In this document: one piece after another, positions 1 through 11,145 of the stretch
Layout: the number at the start of each line of letters is the position of its first letter
Position numbering within the stretch: the first letter of the stretch is position 1
Source of the DNA: an uncultured bacterium
GTDB lineage: Bacteria; Verrucomicrobiota; Verrucomicrobiia; Limisphaerales; UBA8199
Assembly (NCBI GenBank): GCA_963749495.1
Contig: CAVVMW010000023.1
Location: 1-64,000 of the forward strand
DNA length: 64,000 nt
Direction: 5' to 3'
Notes under the pieces: generated by a model
What the model was told of the DNA's origin: nothing
Seen by the model: the letters and a program-made list of their open reading frames with translations, nothing else
Databases searched by the model: none
Position numbers and translations under genes: made by a program

Positions 1-35
1 AGGGCATCGGCATCCGGATCAATCGTCAGTTTCAT
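1..35 (-). CDS. DUF2283-like antitoxin, N-terminal fragment (runs off window)
   Basis: Reverse complement reads ATG AAA CTG ACG ATT GAT CCG GAT GCC GAT GCC C = MKLTIDPDADA, the typical DUF2283 start; overlaps the upstream stop (ATGA). Confidence 0.7.
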   Translation of the reverse strand, partial: MKLTIDPDADA

Positions 36-283
36 AATCTTCCTTTCATGCTTCTGTCGAAATGCACCGTGAGGATCTTGACCGGATTCGTCCGCGGGTC
101 ACACACGACGCGCAGCACACGATAACCCCGACCGGCAATGGCTGCCAAGCAGTGTTCAGTGGCCGGATCCTCCGCATCCTGCTCGGTGAGTTGCGGGCTG
201 GCGAGGGCCTGCTCCACCCGAGCCGCTTCTATCTTTCGCTCCCGCATGCGAACGAGCGCATGGTGGGTCAATTGGTACCTCAC
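32..283 (-). CDS. DUF4258-family putative toxin (RelE/BrnT-like RNase fold)
   Basis: 83 aa with the motifs LTHHALVRMRER, RVLRVV and KILTVHFDR; coupled to the DUF2283-like gene. Confidence 0.75.
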   Translation of the reverse strand: MRYQLTHHALVRMRERKIEAARVEQALASPQLTEQDAEDPATEHCLAAIAGRGYRVLRVVCDPRTNPVKILTVHFDRSMKGRL

Positions 284-466
284 AAGTTTGCCTCCAATGA
301 AATTCGTTTGCCATGGTCGTTGGACGTTGCGCGGGGATGATAGACCTGGCGCACGGGGGTTGGAAGGAAAAGAATGAAGGCAGGATGTTTGTGGTTGGGG
401 GGGTGACCCCCTGCCCGTGGTATGAAATAATCAATGCAGCTTGCGACCTTTATTCCTTGACGGCTC

Positions 467-676
467 CTAAAGCCTGGTCTTGATCCCGCAGGCGCGCACG
501 AGGCACCAACCGCGCGCGGCCTCGTACAGAGCGAATAACCCGGCCAGCATCAACCCGACGCACAGCCAGCCGATGGCGCGCCGGAGCGCCAACCCCAACC
601 CAATCAACGCGAGGCCCCATAGGGCCCGCGCGACCCGCCCGCGCCAATCGATGTTGCGCGCAGAGAATTTGCTCAT
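467..676 (-). CDS. Small inner-membrane protein, DUF2892/YgaP-like
   Basis: 69 aa MSKFSARNIDWRGRVARALWGLAL...EAARGWCLVRACGIKTRL; two TM helices and a GWC motif. Confidence 0.7.
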   Translation of the reverse strand: MSKFSARNIDWRGRVARALWGLALIGLGLALRRAIGWLCVGLMLAGLFALYEAARGWCLVRACGIKTRL

Positions 677-752
677 ACAGTCAGTTACCGCACCCCCGCC
701 CAACTGGCAAGCGAGCCGAGGAGCGCCCCAGAGCAGGGCCGCTGACGAAGTT

Positions 753-888
753 GTAGCGCAGGTTTCCAAACCTGCCGTATCGCCGATTTCCAAATCGGCA
801 GCGCCTCGACATATCGAGCGCGCCCGGTTTGCGGACGGCCTGCGGGTTTGGAAACCCGCGATACAGCAGACTTGGAAGTCTGCGCTAC
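753..888. repeat. GTAG-tagged palindromic REP/REPIN-like element (family A)
   Basis: GTAGCGCAGGTTTCCAAACCTGC...GCAGACTTGGAAGTCTGCGCTAC with nested hairpins; a second copy lies at 22672-22806. Confidence 0.85.
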
Positions 889-899
889 GCTGGCGCCCC

Positions 900-1008
900 T
901 GGCGCGCCGCAGCGCCAACCCCAAACCCATCAACGCGAGGCCCCACAGGGCCCGCACGACCCGCCCGCGCCAATTGATGTTGCGCGCAGAGAATTTCCTA
1001 TTCGTCAT
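900..1008 (-). pseudogene. Truncated duplicate of the 5' half of the DUF2892-like gene
   Basis: 900-996 is nearly identical to 574-670 (KFSARNIxWRGRVxRALWGLAL) and ends at the REP element. Confidence 0.75.
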
Positions 1009-1031
1009 TCGTCATTCGTCATTCGTCATTC
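1000..1031. repeat. Heptamer tandem repeat (TTCGTCA)n
   Basis: About 4 units; also at 27598-27690 and 60692-60725. Confidence 0.9.
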
Positions 1032-2448
1032 CGTCCGCTGCCCGCCCGCCGCCTGCCCGCACACGCACACCGTCTTGATATTGACAAACTCGCGCAGGCC
1101 CAGGACGCCCAGTTCACGGCCGTAGCCGGACTGTTTGACGCCGCCAAAGGGCAGCCGAGGGTCGGAGGCGACCATTGCGTTGACGAAGGCCAGGCCCGAT
1201 TCGATGCGCTCGATGAACATCTCGCGCTCGGCTTGGTCGTTGGTCCAGGCGCTGGCCCCCAGCCCGAACCGGGTGTCATTGGCCAGCCGGAGGGCCTCCT
1301 CCATGTTTGGCGCGCGGAACAGCGATGCGACCGGTCCGAAGAGTTCCTCCTGGTGCGCGGGCGAGCCCGGCGGGATGTTCTTGAGCACCGTCGGCGCGAA
1401 GAAGAAGCCGGGCCGGTCCAGGCGCTTGCCGCCCAGCAGCACCTGCGCGCCCAGGCCCACCGTCCGGTCCACCTGTTCCGAAAGCGTCTCCAGCACCTCG
1501 GCCGTGGCCAGCGGACCAACGTCGGTGGCCTCGTCCATCGGGTCGCCCACCTTGAGCGCCGCCATGCCCCGGACGAACCGGCGTTCGAACTCGTCGGCGA
1601 TGGCCTCGTGTACCGATGAAGCGCTTGGCTGCGATGCAGGATTGCCCGTTGTTGATCGTCCGCGCCTGGACGGCGGTTGCCACTGCCCGGTCCAGGTCCG
1701 CGCTGGGCATGACGATGAACGGGTCGCTGCCGCCGAGCTCGAGCACGGTCTTCTTGATCGCCTTGCCGGCCGCAGCGGCCACACTTCGAGCCTGCGCCAA
1801 CGCTGCCGGTGAGCGTGACCGCCCTGACGCGCGGGTCCGCGATGAGGGCGCCGACCCGCTCGGGCCCAGCAGCAGCGCCTGAAATGCCCCCTCGGCAAAA
1901 CCGGCGCGGCGGAAGACGGCCTCGATCGCCAGCGCGCACTGCGGGACATTCGACGCGTGTTTCAACAGGCCCACGTTCCCGGCCATCAGGCCGGGCGCCG
2001 CGAAGCGGAAGACCTGCCAGAATGGAAAGTTCCACGGCATCACCGCCAGCACCGGCCCCAGCGGTTGATAGCGCACGCAACTGCTCGTGGCGCCCGCCTC
2101 GCCCGGCTCGTCCGCCAGGAAGCGGGCCGCGTGCTCGGCGTAATAGCGGCAGGCCAGGGCGCATTTCTCGACCTCCTGGATGGCCGCCCGCAGCGGTTTG
2201 CCCATCTCCAGCGTCATGAGCCGCGCAAATTGGTTCTTCTCCGAGTCCAGGCCCAGTCCCGCCTTGGTCATCAGGCGCGCCCGTTCCTCCACGGGCAGGC
2301 GGCGGTGCTCCCGGAAGGCCGCGGCCGCGCGCTCCAGACGGCGCTCGACCTCCTGCTCCGAATGCGGCTCGAACTCCCGCATCATCTCGCCGGTCGCCGG
2401 GTTGATGCTGGCCAGGCCCTTCAAAGTGCTTTGCGCGCTCATGCTCAA
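1026..2448 (-). CDS. NAD(P)-dependent succinate-semialdehyde dehydrogenase-like ALDH (frameshifted in assembly)
   Basis: Motifs [41 protein letters not shown] and [13 protein letters not shown] are spread over several frames; indels near 1860, 1800 and 1615. Confidence 0.9.
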
Positions 2449-2537
2449 TACTTAAACCTGGGAACGCTCGAATTCAATCCCGCCATGGCAGCCCAGGCAA
2501 TGCACTACTGCACCGCACTTTGAGTGACTTTCACGAC

Positions 2538-2604
2538 CTTTGTCGCAGCCTTTGTCGAGACCTTTATCGAAACCCGGCCCAGCTCGACAAAGGCTGCGAC
2601 AAAG
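2538..2604. repeat. Palindromic repeat of CTTTGTCG-type units
   Basis: CTTTGTCGCAGCCTTTGTCGA...TCGACAAAGGCTGCGACAAAG inverted arms. Confidence 0.7.
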
Positions 2605-3986
2605 ATACCGACTTCACCCAAAGTCGAGTGGAGTAGGACATTGCTCACGAAGAGGCTCTCATCTCTCCCGCCGGCGCATCCCGGCACTGCCGCCGAGCGG
2701 GGAGGAAACCCACCCCCCTTCCCCCCTCCCATGGGAGAAACCTGGCCCTCGGCCGAATGGGTCGGATGGGGCTTCCGAAAAGGTCCCGGGAAGGCAGACT
2801 GCGATAACGCGATCAAGGCAAGCCAAATGGGGGTTTCCCGGGTAATGCGGTCACGCTATGGTCGGCCGCAATGGGATCGCGAATGCCCTGCCAGGAAGTT
2901 GCGGGATAGGCGCGCAGCGGCCGCCGGGATCGCTGGGCCGGCGCGCAATGACGCCAGCCTGGATACCCGGGGCCAGAGACTGCGCAGAGACAATCCTGGC
3001 TGGGGCAATCGCTCGCCCCGGGCACTGGCGAGGTGCATCGGCGCTGCCTCATGATCGCCCAGCCCGGTCACAAGGGCGCGTGCAAGGACTGCAATGTATA
3101 CTGCGCCTTATCGTGCATCGCGTGGAGCTGCTCGACGGCGACAGCATGGATTTGTTCCAGTAGCGTCACTTGGCGCTGGGCGTGATTCCCGGCGTTGATC
3201 ACGAAGCCCATTTTCTCGAAGCTGGTCGAATCGAACTTGGGGCGTTCGGTGGCGAGCAGACCGCCAGGCCCGCCGTGGCCGCCGCCCGGACCGCCGGCGG
3301 GGAACTGGTTTTCCCAGCGGGTTTGGAATGAGGCGAGCAGGCCGGCGAGCTTCGCGCCGGCGGCTGTTTCGCCCGGGCCGCCCACATTCTTCCAGGCTTC
3401 GCCAGCGGCAGCCATGGCGGCTTTTGCGGACTCGAAAGCGGTCTTGCCGAAATCAGCGAAGGCAGTGTTCACCTGGGCATTTGCCCGGGATGTGCCGGCA
3501 ATGGTCTTATTGGCGTAGATCGTGAAAAGCTCATCAACCTCATGAAATTTCTTTTCATCGGCCGGTGTCCAGGCATTGGGATTGCCGGCGCGCCGTGTCG
3601 CCAGTTGCTGGCGCTCATTCCAGAGCGAATTGGCATAGGCTGATGAGACCTGCGTTTTGAGAGACGTGCCTAGCGATTGGGATGCCTTCCAGGCCGTCTC
3701 AATGGCCAACGGAACGGCGTTAGCAAGTCCAGCGCCCACTGCCGCCGCAAAGCTCGCTGCGAATTTGCCAGCGTAAAACTCGGCCTTTTCCAGCGCAACT
3801 TGGATGGCAGTCGCAAAGGTCTCGCTGAAGGAATTATCCGATAGGCTCTCGATGAGCAGGCCCACGACCTTGCCGATTTTCTGGCCGAGTGGGGAAAGAT
3901 CAATCTTCTCGATGTGCGTCAGGAGCGAGTCGAGGGGGCCGGCGATGTACTGAGCGATGCCGAGAAAGATGCTGTTGACCTTTTCT

Positions 3987-5666
3987 GGGTCCCCCGCACA
4001 ATTTGTGGGTGAAACATCTGGACACGTGTTCAGTTCGGAGGGTTGACGTTGGTGAGTTGGGCGGTCGTGGAACATCCCGCGGCACGCTCCGCGACGAATC
4101 GAGCGGCCTAACGGCCGGAGAAGGACTTCAAGCAATTCCGGCGCGGCCAGGGTATGGCTCCGGGCGGGGCTGTCAAGGTATTGCTCGCCACGTGCCCTCG
4201 TGCCCTGCTGCGCTCCACCTTGACAGCCCCGCCCTCCGCCATGATGCGCCGCTAAGGAATTGCTGGTGAAGGTGTGCTTGGCTCGGAGGGCTGCCCAGCG
4301 CCACAAAGCGATAGCTGATCTGCCTGGCTTGCGGTAGCCTGCGAGATGTGAAAAGCACGCCCGCCACCGAGCGGCAGACCAGCTATGCAATTGAAGGTTA
4401 AGACGGTTCTCAACGACATTCAACACTTTGTGGGCTTCGTTTACCAGGACATCCGCTTGTGCCGGGACCGCCGAGGCCGTGGCCGGCGGCTCGAGATCAC
4501 CCTCCAACCCCATGGCGGCATTCCCGCCAAGTGCTCCCGGTGCCTGCAGCCAGTCCCCGGCTATGATCAGTTGCCCCAGCGGTCCTGGCTGTTTCCGCCG
4601 ATGTGGGGCGTCAAGACCTATTTCCTCTACCCCCCGCGGCGGGTCAATTGTCCGCAGGACGGGGTGGTCGTCGAGCATATCCCCTGGAGCCAGGGCAAGC
4701 GGCCGGTGACGACGGCGATGATGGGCCTCTTGGCCCGGTGGGCCCGGCGGCTGTCCTGGAAGGAAACCGCCCAGGCCTTCCACACCAGTTGGGAGGCCGT
4801 TTACCGTTCGGTGCAGTGGTTCGTCCAATGGGGTTTGGAGCACCGGCGCCTGGAGGGTGTGGAGGCCATCGGAGTGGACGAGATCCATTGGGGCAAGGGC
4901 CAGAAGGCCGACAACTTCCTGACGGTGATTTACCAGATTGACCCCCACTGTCGGCGCTTGCTGTGGCTGGGTCGGCGGCGCACTCAAGCCACGTTGCGGC
5001 GGGGCTTGGCAGAATTGGGAGCCCCGGTGGTCAGCGCTCTGAAGTATGTGTGCAGCGACATGTGGAAGCCCTACCTGAAGGTGATCGCGGCCAAGATACC
5101 GCAGGCGCTCAACGTGCTGGACCGCTTTCATATCGTGGGGCACCTCAACGAGGCGGTGGACGAGGTGCGCCGGGGCGAGCAGTCGCGCTTGCACGGCCGG
5201 CCCCTGGCTCAGCGGCTCAAGGGCATGCGCTGGCAGTTGTTGCGCCGGGGCAGCCGGGTGCGGGGCCGTGCCCGCTCCAAGCTCAACGCCCTGTTGGCCA
5301 GCAAGCTGGCGACGGCACGGGCCTGGAACCTCAAGGAGAGCTTCGACTACCTTTGGCACTACCGTTCTCCGATCTATGTGGTGGCCTATCTGGGTTATTG
5401 GTGCGCTCGAGCCATGCGCAGCCGGCTCGAACCAATGAAGAAGGTGGCCCGGATGCTGCGCGCCCATGAGCCGTTGATCTTGAATTGGTTCGAGGCCAAA
5501 GGTGAGCTCTCCAGCGCCGCCGTCGAGGGCCTGAACAACAAGATTCGAGTGGTAACCAGACGATCTTACGGCTTCCGCACCTATCCAGCCATGGAATTGG
5601 CCCTGTATCATTGCCTTGGCCGCTTACCTGAGCCTCGACTTACCCATACATTCTGCTGACCAGTCC
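3987..5666 (+). mobile_element. ISL3-family insertion sequence
   Basis: Imperfect GG...CC terminal IRs (GCACAATTTGTGGGT / ACCCATACATTCTGC); target duplication CTTTTCT (3980-3986 and 5667-5673; 8 bp if the preceding C is counted). Confidence 0.9.
4385..5659 (+). CDS. ISL3-family transposase
   Basis: Zn-finger CSRC...C, IGVDE, CSDMWKPY, LDRFHIV and EGLNNKIRVVTRRSYGFR motifs. Confidence 0.95.
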   Translation: MQLKVKTVLNDIQHFVGFVYQDIRLCRDRRGRGRRLEITLQPHGGIPAKCSRCLQPVPGYDQLPQRSWLFPPMWGVKTYFLYPPRRVNCPQDGVVVEHIPWSQGKRPVTTAMMGLLARWARRLSWKETAQAFHTSWEAVYRSVQWFVQWGLEHRRLEGVEAIGVDEIHWGKGQKADNFLTVIYQIDPHCRRLLWLGRRRTQATLRRGLAELGAPVVSALKYVCSDMWKPYLKVIAAKIPQALNVLDRFHIVGHLNEAVDEVRRGEQSRLHGRPLAQRLKGMRWQLLRRGSRVRGRARSKLNALLASKLATARAWNLKESFDYLWHYRSPIYVVAYLGYWCARAMRSRLEPMKKVARMLRAHEPLILNWFEAKGELSSAAVEGLNNKIRVVTRRSYGFRTYPAMELALYHCLGRLPEPRLTHTFC

Positions 5667-6526
5667 CTTTTCTTTGAGGCGCCCGATCAAAAGTTCGATT
5701 TTCTCGAAAACGGCCGCGACGCGTGCGAAATTCGCCCCTTGCGCTGCCGCCCCCGAAAAGGCTTCCTGGAAGTCGCCCATCGAGCGGCTAAGCGCGACGG
5801 CCTGCACCGCGCCCATGCGGCCGAAAATGCCGCCGACCGTGGCCATTGCACCGGTCTGGCTCATCTTGCTAAGGCGGTCCAGGATCTGCACCAGGGCCTG
5901 GACGCCGCCGCCGGCGCCGAGTTGGCTGATCGATAGGCCCATACGGCCGAAGACATCCTTGGTGCTTTCGCCCATCTCATTCACGCCCCCCAGAGCCTTT
6001 TGCATCCTAATCATCATCGGTTCGACCTCATCCGCGCTCTCTCCGCAGGCCCTAAATGCCTTTTGGAGATCATAGAGCGCACCCACCGATTCGCCCGTGT
6101 GGCGCGAGAGTTTTTCCAGCGCGGCGCCTTTCTCAATCTGGGCAAACACCCCGTCAAATACCTTTCGCGCCATTTCTCCGGCACTAACCAAGCCGCCAAT
6201 CGCGGCAGAGCCGAGGTTGCAATTAACGAGGAATTTATCGACCTCAAGGCCCAGGACGAAATCAAGTGTTCCTGCCATAGAATTTACGTTGTAGCTTTCA
6301 ACTTCACCGCACTCGACAGACGCACGCGCCCCGGCCGCCCATGACAGTGGAACGGCCGGGGCGCTCATTAACGGCGCGCGGCGCCCTGACCGGTTGTTCA
6401 CAAAACCGGCCGGGGTCCCCATTCTGCAACGCAAACACAGCCAGCAGGACGCAAACCCCTACGCCTGCTGGACGATACTGAACTGGAAGGGAATCCAGCA
6501 TCTGGCTGGTTTTGATGGCGCAGTTT

Positions 6527-7189
6527 TCAGGCTAGCGTGCCCAGACCGGGTTTTACGGAAATTGAGGATTCTGATTGTTTTGACGGCGCTCTTTCAACTT
6601 CCGCCGCACTCCTGGGGTCGCCTCTCAGAAACCTCTCGGCCATTAAGAGCGCCGTTTCTCCGGCCGCCGCCGGATCACTCGGCGGCATATAGTCCCGGAA
6701 CCAAAGATACCAGCGCGTGGCTTCGGAATGCTCGATGATGGCCGCTATGCCGAGCTTGGTCCGCCGAGGATCGCCCCCGAAGACCGATGACCCCATGTCC
6801 GCCGTCAGCTTGCGGGTTAGCTCGCCAACCTGGACGCGAGCGGTATCCAAACATGCCTTGTCTAGCAACCTTGCGGCGCCGGAATGTCCTATCAACTCCG
6901 CAGTGAGGCGCTCGACCTCTGCCGCCACTTTTGCGCGGATGCCCGGAAACAACTGGAGCTTGTCCCGGATATGGCCGGCATTCTGCAGGCGGCTGAATGT
7001 GGCTTTATCGAAGCCGTGGGCACCATCCTGGGGGACAATGAGAGCCTCGGACGGAACTGTCTTGAGCCCCTGCGCCAGATTCCGGGCTTCCGCCTCCAGA
7101 TCGGCTTTGAGCTTGTCCAGCTTTCCCAGTTCGGCCAAGGCCGCGCGGTAGCTTTGGAGTGCCTGTCGGAGTGAATCGATTTCCTTCAT
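6527..7189 (-). CDS. Hypothetical phage protein with N-terminal coiled coil
   Basis: 220-aa ORF between the capsid and tape-measure-like genes, on the same strand. Confidence 0.6.
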   Translation of the reverse strand: MKEIDSLRQALQSYRAALAELGKLDKLKADLEAEARNLAQGLKTVPSEALIVPQDGAHGFDKATFSRLQNAGHIRDKLQLFPGIRAKVAAEVERLTAELIGHSGAARLLDKACLDTARVQVGELTRKLTADMGSSVFGGDPRRTKLGIAAIIEHSEATRWYLWFRDYMPPSDPAAAGETALLMAERFLRGDPRSAAEVERAPSKQSESSISVKPGLGTLA

Positions 7190-7231
7190 AGCAATTTGAG
7201 TTGGGGCGTTCAGTGCAGCGAGAATCGGCGC

Positions 7232-8418
7232 TTATGAGCTTATGATACAAAGGCCGCCGCGGGTGTCTCCAGGGCCAGCGCCCAGTAAAACGGATAGCCG
7301 GGACTCCGCGAACCCCTGCGTGTGCTGAACGTACTGGGTACACATGACGGCCATCCCCGTCTCCGGGTCGGTTACCGTTACCACGACGCCGTACCCTGCC
7401 CCGGGCAGCGCGCTGTTGTAATCGCTGGGCAGGCGGCTCTTGGCCACCACCGCAGCCCTGTGCACCGCAAATCCCATCAAGTTCGGAGTCGCATTTGCGG
7501 CGTTCAGATTCGGTGCTTCAACGGGGACGAATGTGCCCAGTTTGGGCAACTCATTATCCGTGATGATTTCCGGTGCTCTCTGGCCGCTAAAGAACGTGAC
7601 CAAGCTTGGGTCAGTGGCGAGCTGGCCATAATAAGCCGAGTTTAGCAGGACCGTCCTTTCCCGGATAGGGACTTCGTTTGGGTTGAAGATCGCTGACAAC
7701 TTCACCAGGCTGGACCGTGCGAAATCCCCCAGACCGACCGGGAAGCTCGCATAAGCAACGGGGACTTTGGCCCCATTCACCGCGGCATAAGCGTTGAAAT
7801 TTGCCGGCGTGAGGAGGGCATAGATTTTCTCGACAAACCTTTTGGCGAGCGCATAAGCCGAGGCCGGGCCCGCTCTTCAAAGAGCTTCCGTCCCGTGCTG
7901 GCGAGAGTGTTGGCATCGAACACGATGGGGATACCCACATGTTCATCGAGCGTTATCGGGACGTCGATGGCCGTTGGGGTGTTGGCCACATTGATCCAGC
8001 CATTGGGCCTGCCATTGACCATCGTGGCATCGTAATTTTGCAGCCCGGGCACGACCACGACGCGCGTCATCTCTGCCTGCTTGAAAAGACCTGGTTCGGC
8101 AGAGAAATCGGTGTAAACCCGGCTGAACTCGGGGAACTGAAGGCGAAATAACTCGAGCGTCCGCTGTGAAACGAGCGTGCCCGAGAGCGTGCCAAGACTC
8201 ACGCTCGTATTGTCGGCCGCCCTGATTTCCGCGTCGAGCACGCCCGCAATCCGGTCGCCGCCCAGCTCCGCGGCGTAGATCTCCCCCATCTCTCGGGACA
8301 GCTTGTTCTTGTTGAACCTGGCAATGGGGTCTGCCGGTTGGATCTTGGCGTTGGCCCCGCAGAGAAGGGCGTATTTCCCCAGGGCCGACCGGCGGTCAGA
8401 TGTGATGCTTATGCTCAT
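7232..8418 (-). CDS. Major capsid protein, HK97-fold/P22-coat-like (one frameshift near 7870)
   Basis: ORFs 7777-8418 and 7232-7780 join to about 395 aa; motifs DVPITLDEHVGIP, RTVLLNSAYYGQL, MGFAVHRAA and VTDPETG resemble P22 gp5-like coat proteins. Confidence 0.7.
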
Positions 8419-8421
8419 AAG

Positions 8422-8877
8422 TTACGGTTTGAATTTGGGTTCAGGGTGAACGGCCAGCCAGGCGCAGAGATTGCCAAACCAACTTTCCAACAGCCGTTCG
8501 CCCGGGGGCTGGACTCCGAGCTTGCGGCAAAAGACGATTAACTGATCGAGATCCATCAACCTGGGGTCCTGGCTGAAATTCGTAATGCAGCGCCGGCGCA
8601 TTTCGATTTCGTTGGAGCTGCTCCATAGGGGAACGGAGAGGCCAAGAGCGGCTTCGATCTTCCAGCGTGTGCGGCAGTTGGGGACGCCCAATCGGAGCGC
8701 ATTGGCCATCCCGTGGGGAGTCAAGCCAATCTGTTTGGCCAACCAGGTGCTATCAACGCCGCGCCTCAGCATTTCCAGAATGAGCATGGCCACGGCCAGC
8801 GCCGGGGCCGGCGCCATGGCCGGTTGGGGCCTGGCCTGGGCCTTTTCTGGTGCCTGTAGGCAATTCGGCGGTTTCAC
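8422..8877 (-). CDS. HTH-containing protein
   Basis: STWLAKQIGLTPHGMANAL...KIEAALG, an XRE/Ner-like pattern. Confidence 0.55.
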   Translation of the reverse strand: MKPPNCLQAPEKAQARPQPAMAPAPALAVAMLILEMLRRGVDSTWLAKQIGLTPHGMANALRLGVPNCRTRWKIEAALGLSVPLWSSSNEIEMRRRCITNFSQDPRLMDLDQLIVFCRKLGVQPPGERLLESWFGNLCAWLAVHPEPKFKP

Positions 8878-9330
8878 TGGGCAAAAAATCGGTCCGTCAT
8901 TCGGGCGGTCACCCGCGATTAGAGCATGGCTGGCCGAAAACTGTCTAGCGTCCTTAGCGTCCTTAGCGTCCTGAGTGCAGATTTTTCTTTCGCTGCCCCC
9001 CTATCGCCCTTGGAAAGGGGGGCTTGAGCGGGCGCCAACGTTGGGCAGAGGCCCGGGAAAGGCCCCGGAAGGCACCCATGATCGCCGACCCTGTCCTTGC
9101 CCCATGCCGGACGCCCGGGCGCGCTGTACCCCTACGCGAGGACTTGCGAGCGGCAAAATCTTGCCCGGTGACCAAACCTCGAAAACCAAAAAATGGGCAA
9201 ACTCGCCCCCTCCTTCCTGAGCCAGCTTTTGGGGCGTTTAATGCGAGTGCCTCTGTCAGGGCATTGCCTCTGGAAAGCCGTTTTGGGTAAGACCTCCCGG
9301 GAGTCTCTCCGTTTCCTCAGTTTCCTTCTA

Positions 9331-9850
9331 TTAAGTTTCCCCGGCGAACTGCCGCTGAGCCGCGCGCTGGCCGGCGCGGGCTATCTTTTCCTCGGCGGCC
9401 GGGGTGAGCTTGCCATTGAGCACGGGGAAGAACGGGCGGGCGGGCATTACCACCTGGCCAACGGTGGCCCAGTCGCGGGCGCCTGGGCCCCACTTCATTC
9501 GCAGCCAGGGATGGCCGTGGATTGTCCCGCCGAACTGGTGGATCGCGGCGTAGCGGGTCGGATTGCTCAGGCGGGCATAAGTGTTGCTGACCTGGAGTTG
9601 GAAGCTCTTGGCCAGTGTGGTGGATTTCTGGAGGATGCTGGGCGTGCCATCGCGCTTCGGTTTCCATGGGGCCGGCCGATATTCGGCGCCGACGCTGTTG
9701 AATGTGCCCTCGGTGATCGATTTGAAGGTGGTCCCCATGGCGCGGAAGATCGGCTCCGGGCGCCGCGCGGCAGCCGCCATCCGGGAGAGTGCGGGGGAGA
9801 TGTCATTGCGGCGCAAACTGAAATGGGCGAAAGCCGTACGGAGGAAAATT
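9331..9850 (-). CDS. Phage virion morphogenesis protein (Mu gpG/tail-completion family); start uncertain
   Basis: PWKP, YAAIHQFGG and MPARPFFP motifs; the 5' end abuts a short repeat at 9851-9882. Confidence 0.85.
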
Positions 9851-10101
9851 AACCACGGATTACACGGATGGCACGGATAAAAGCAAGGCCCCGGTGGAAG
9901 GCGGCCGTGATCTTTGTATGTTAAACGGTGATCGGTTTTGACATACTCATCGGGGCGGGTAATGGCCCGCGCAGCGGCTGGCGGCCGTCCCGGGCCGCCC
10001 GGCCGCCAGGCCCTGGACACGAGCGCCATCGCCGGGCAAAGGACGCCCAAAAACCACCCGGGGCGATTTGCCCGAGGACGCGTCCGCAGGCGTCGGATGG
10101 C

Positions 10102-11118
10102 TCACAGTGGCGGATTTTCAAACCGGCCTTGGCTACCCTTTCTTGCATTGGGAATGGCCATATACCTTTCGCAAATGGCGCCATGAAGCTGCGCAGCCAA
10201 CGCCAGCGGTTCCGGCGCGGCGCCGCGGGCGCGATCCTTCCATTGCCTGTTTGACTCATCACGATTAAACTTCGCCAGATCGTTCGGAAGAGCGCGCAGA
10301 AAAAGGCTCCAATAATCGCGAACCCGCTGCTTTCGATCCTCGCTCAGGCTGTCCCAATGGCCACCGCGCTTGCCAACCCTTGCCCCGATCTGCGCCGCAC
10401 AGTTGGCGAGGGCGCGGCCGGCAAAGATGTCATACGCCCTGCGGGACTCCTCATAGTCAAGGTCAGGGCTGCCCCCCTTAAGTTTGCCCGCAGCAGCCCG
10501 AGTAATCCGATGCGCTGGGCTCTCGCCATCCATCACATCGCGGATAGCTGCGGCAAGGGTTTTATCCTCCAAGAGGCTGAAGCACTCATTGCGGAACTCG
10601 CGTGCGATCTCCGGCAACGCAGCGTCCTTTTCGCTCAAGGCCGTGCTGAGGGCCAGACCGGGGCCCCGTGTGGGCATGATGATCGGCTGGAACGGACGGT
10701 CCATTGTAAGATCCAGGACGATCCGGGACACGGCTTCCGCAGCCTCCATCCACCGGTAGGCAGTCGTTGGGGGTATCTTGTGGGCTTCGAGCCACCGCCA
10801 GAATTTCTCCCCTTCGGGCTTGGTGTGGGACTTCCAACGGGGGGTTGGACATTGCTGTCCATGATCATATCCCACGTGGGATATGATCCAGGTCCCACGC
10901 AGCGTCGCCCTATATTCCAACAGCATGATCCCGGCGATGAACGCCAGGCGTTGATATTCGCTGGCTGTGCGCCGGTGCTCATTCTCCGCGCCCTGCCCTT
11001 TGTGGAAGGAATCGAGCACTTGGCCCTCGGTCACCTGGATCACGGCCAACGCGGCGGCGTCCAATGCGTGAATGTTATTGTCCAGATGCTCCGGGAGTCG
11101 GAAAATCGATTCTTGCAT
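10102..11118 (-). CDS. Hypothetical phage protein, DUF3102-like; paralog of 11146-11931
   Basis: AFIAGIMLLE...FWRWLEAHKIPPTTAYRWMEAAE. Confidence 0.6.
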   Translation of the reverse strand: MQESIFRLPEHLDNNIHALDAAALAVIQVTEGQVLDSFHKGQGAENEHRRTASEYQRLAFIAGIMLLEYRATLRGTWIISHVGYDHGQQCPTPRWKSHTKPEGEKFWRWLEAHKIPPTTAYRWMEAAEAVSRIVLDLTMDRPFQPIIMPTRGPGLALSTALSEKDAALPEIAREFRNECFSLLEDKTLAAAIRDVMDGESPAHRITRAAAGKLKGGSPDLDYEESRRAYDIFAGRALANCAAQIGARVGKRGGHWDSLSEDRKQRVRDYWSLFLRALPNDLAKFNRDESNRQWKDRARGAAPEPLALAAQLHGAICERYMAIPNARKGSQGRFENPPL

Positions 11119-11145
11119 TGGCGGGAGTCAAGTTTACCACCGTGT

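Larger units (their letters stand above)
3068..6278 (-). pseudogene. Tape-measure-like phage protein (~507 aa when rejoined), interrupted by ISL3
   Basis: MAGTLDFVLGL... Ala/Gly-rich helical sequence. Removing the IS and one target copy rejoins ...IGRLKEK|VNSIFLG... in frame. Confidence 0.7.

Noticed and set aside
3068..5611. 847-aa minus-strand ORF
   Set aside because: A chimera of the antisense ISL3 sequence and the 3' half of the tape-measure-like gene.
6300..6425. Hairpins upstream of the tape-measure-like gene as a riboswitch or ncRNA
   Set aside because: GC-rich stems only; no recognisable family motif.
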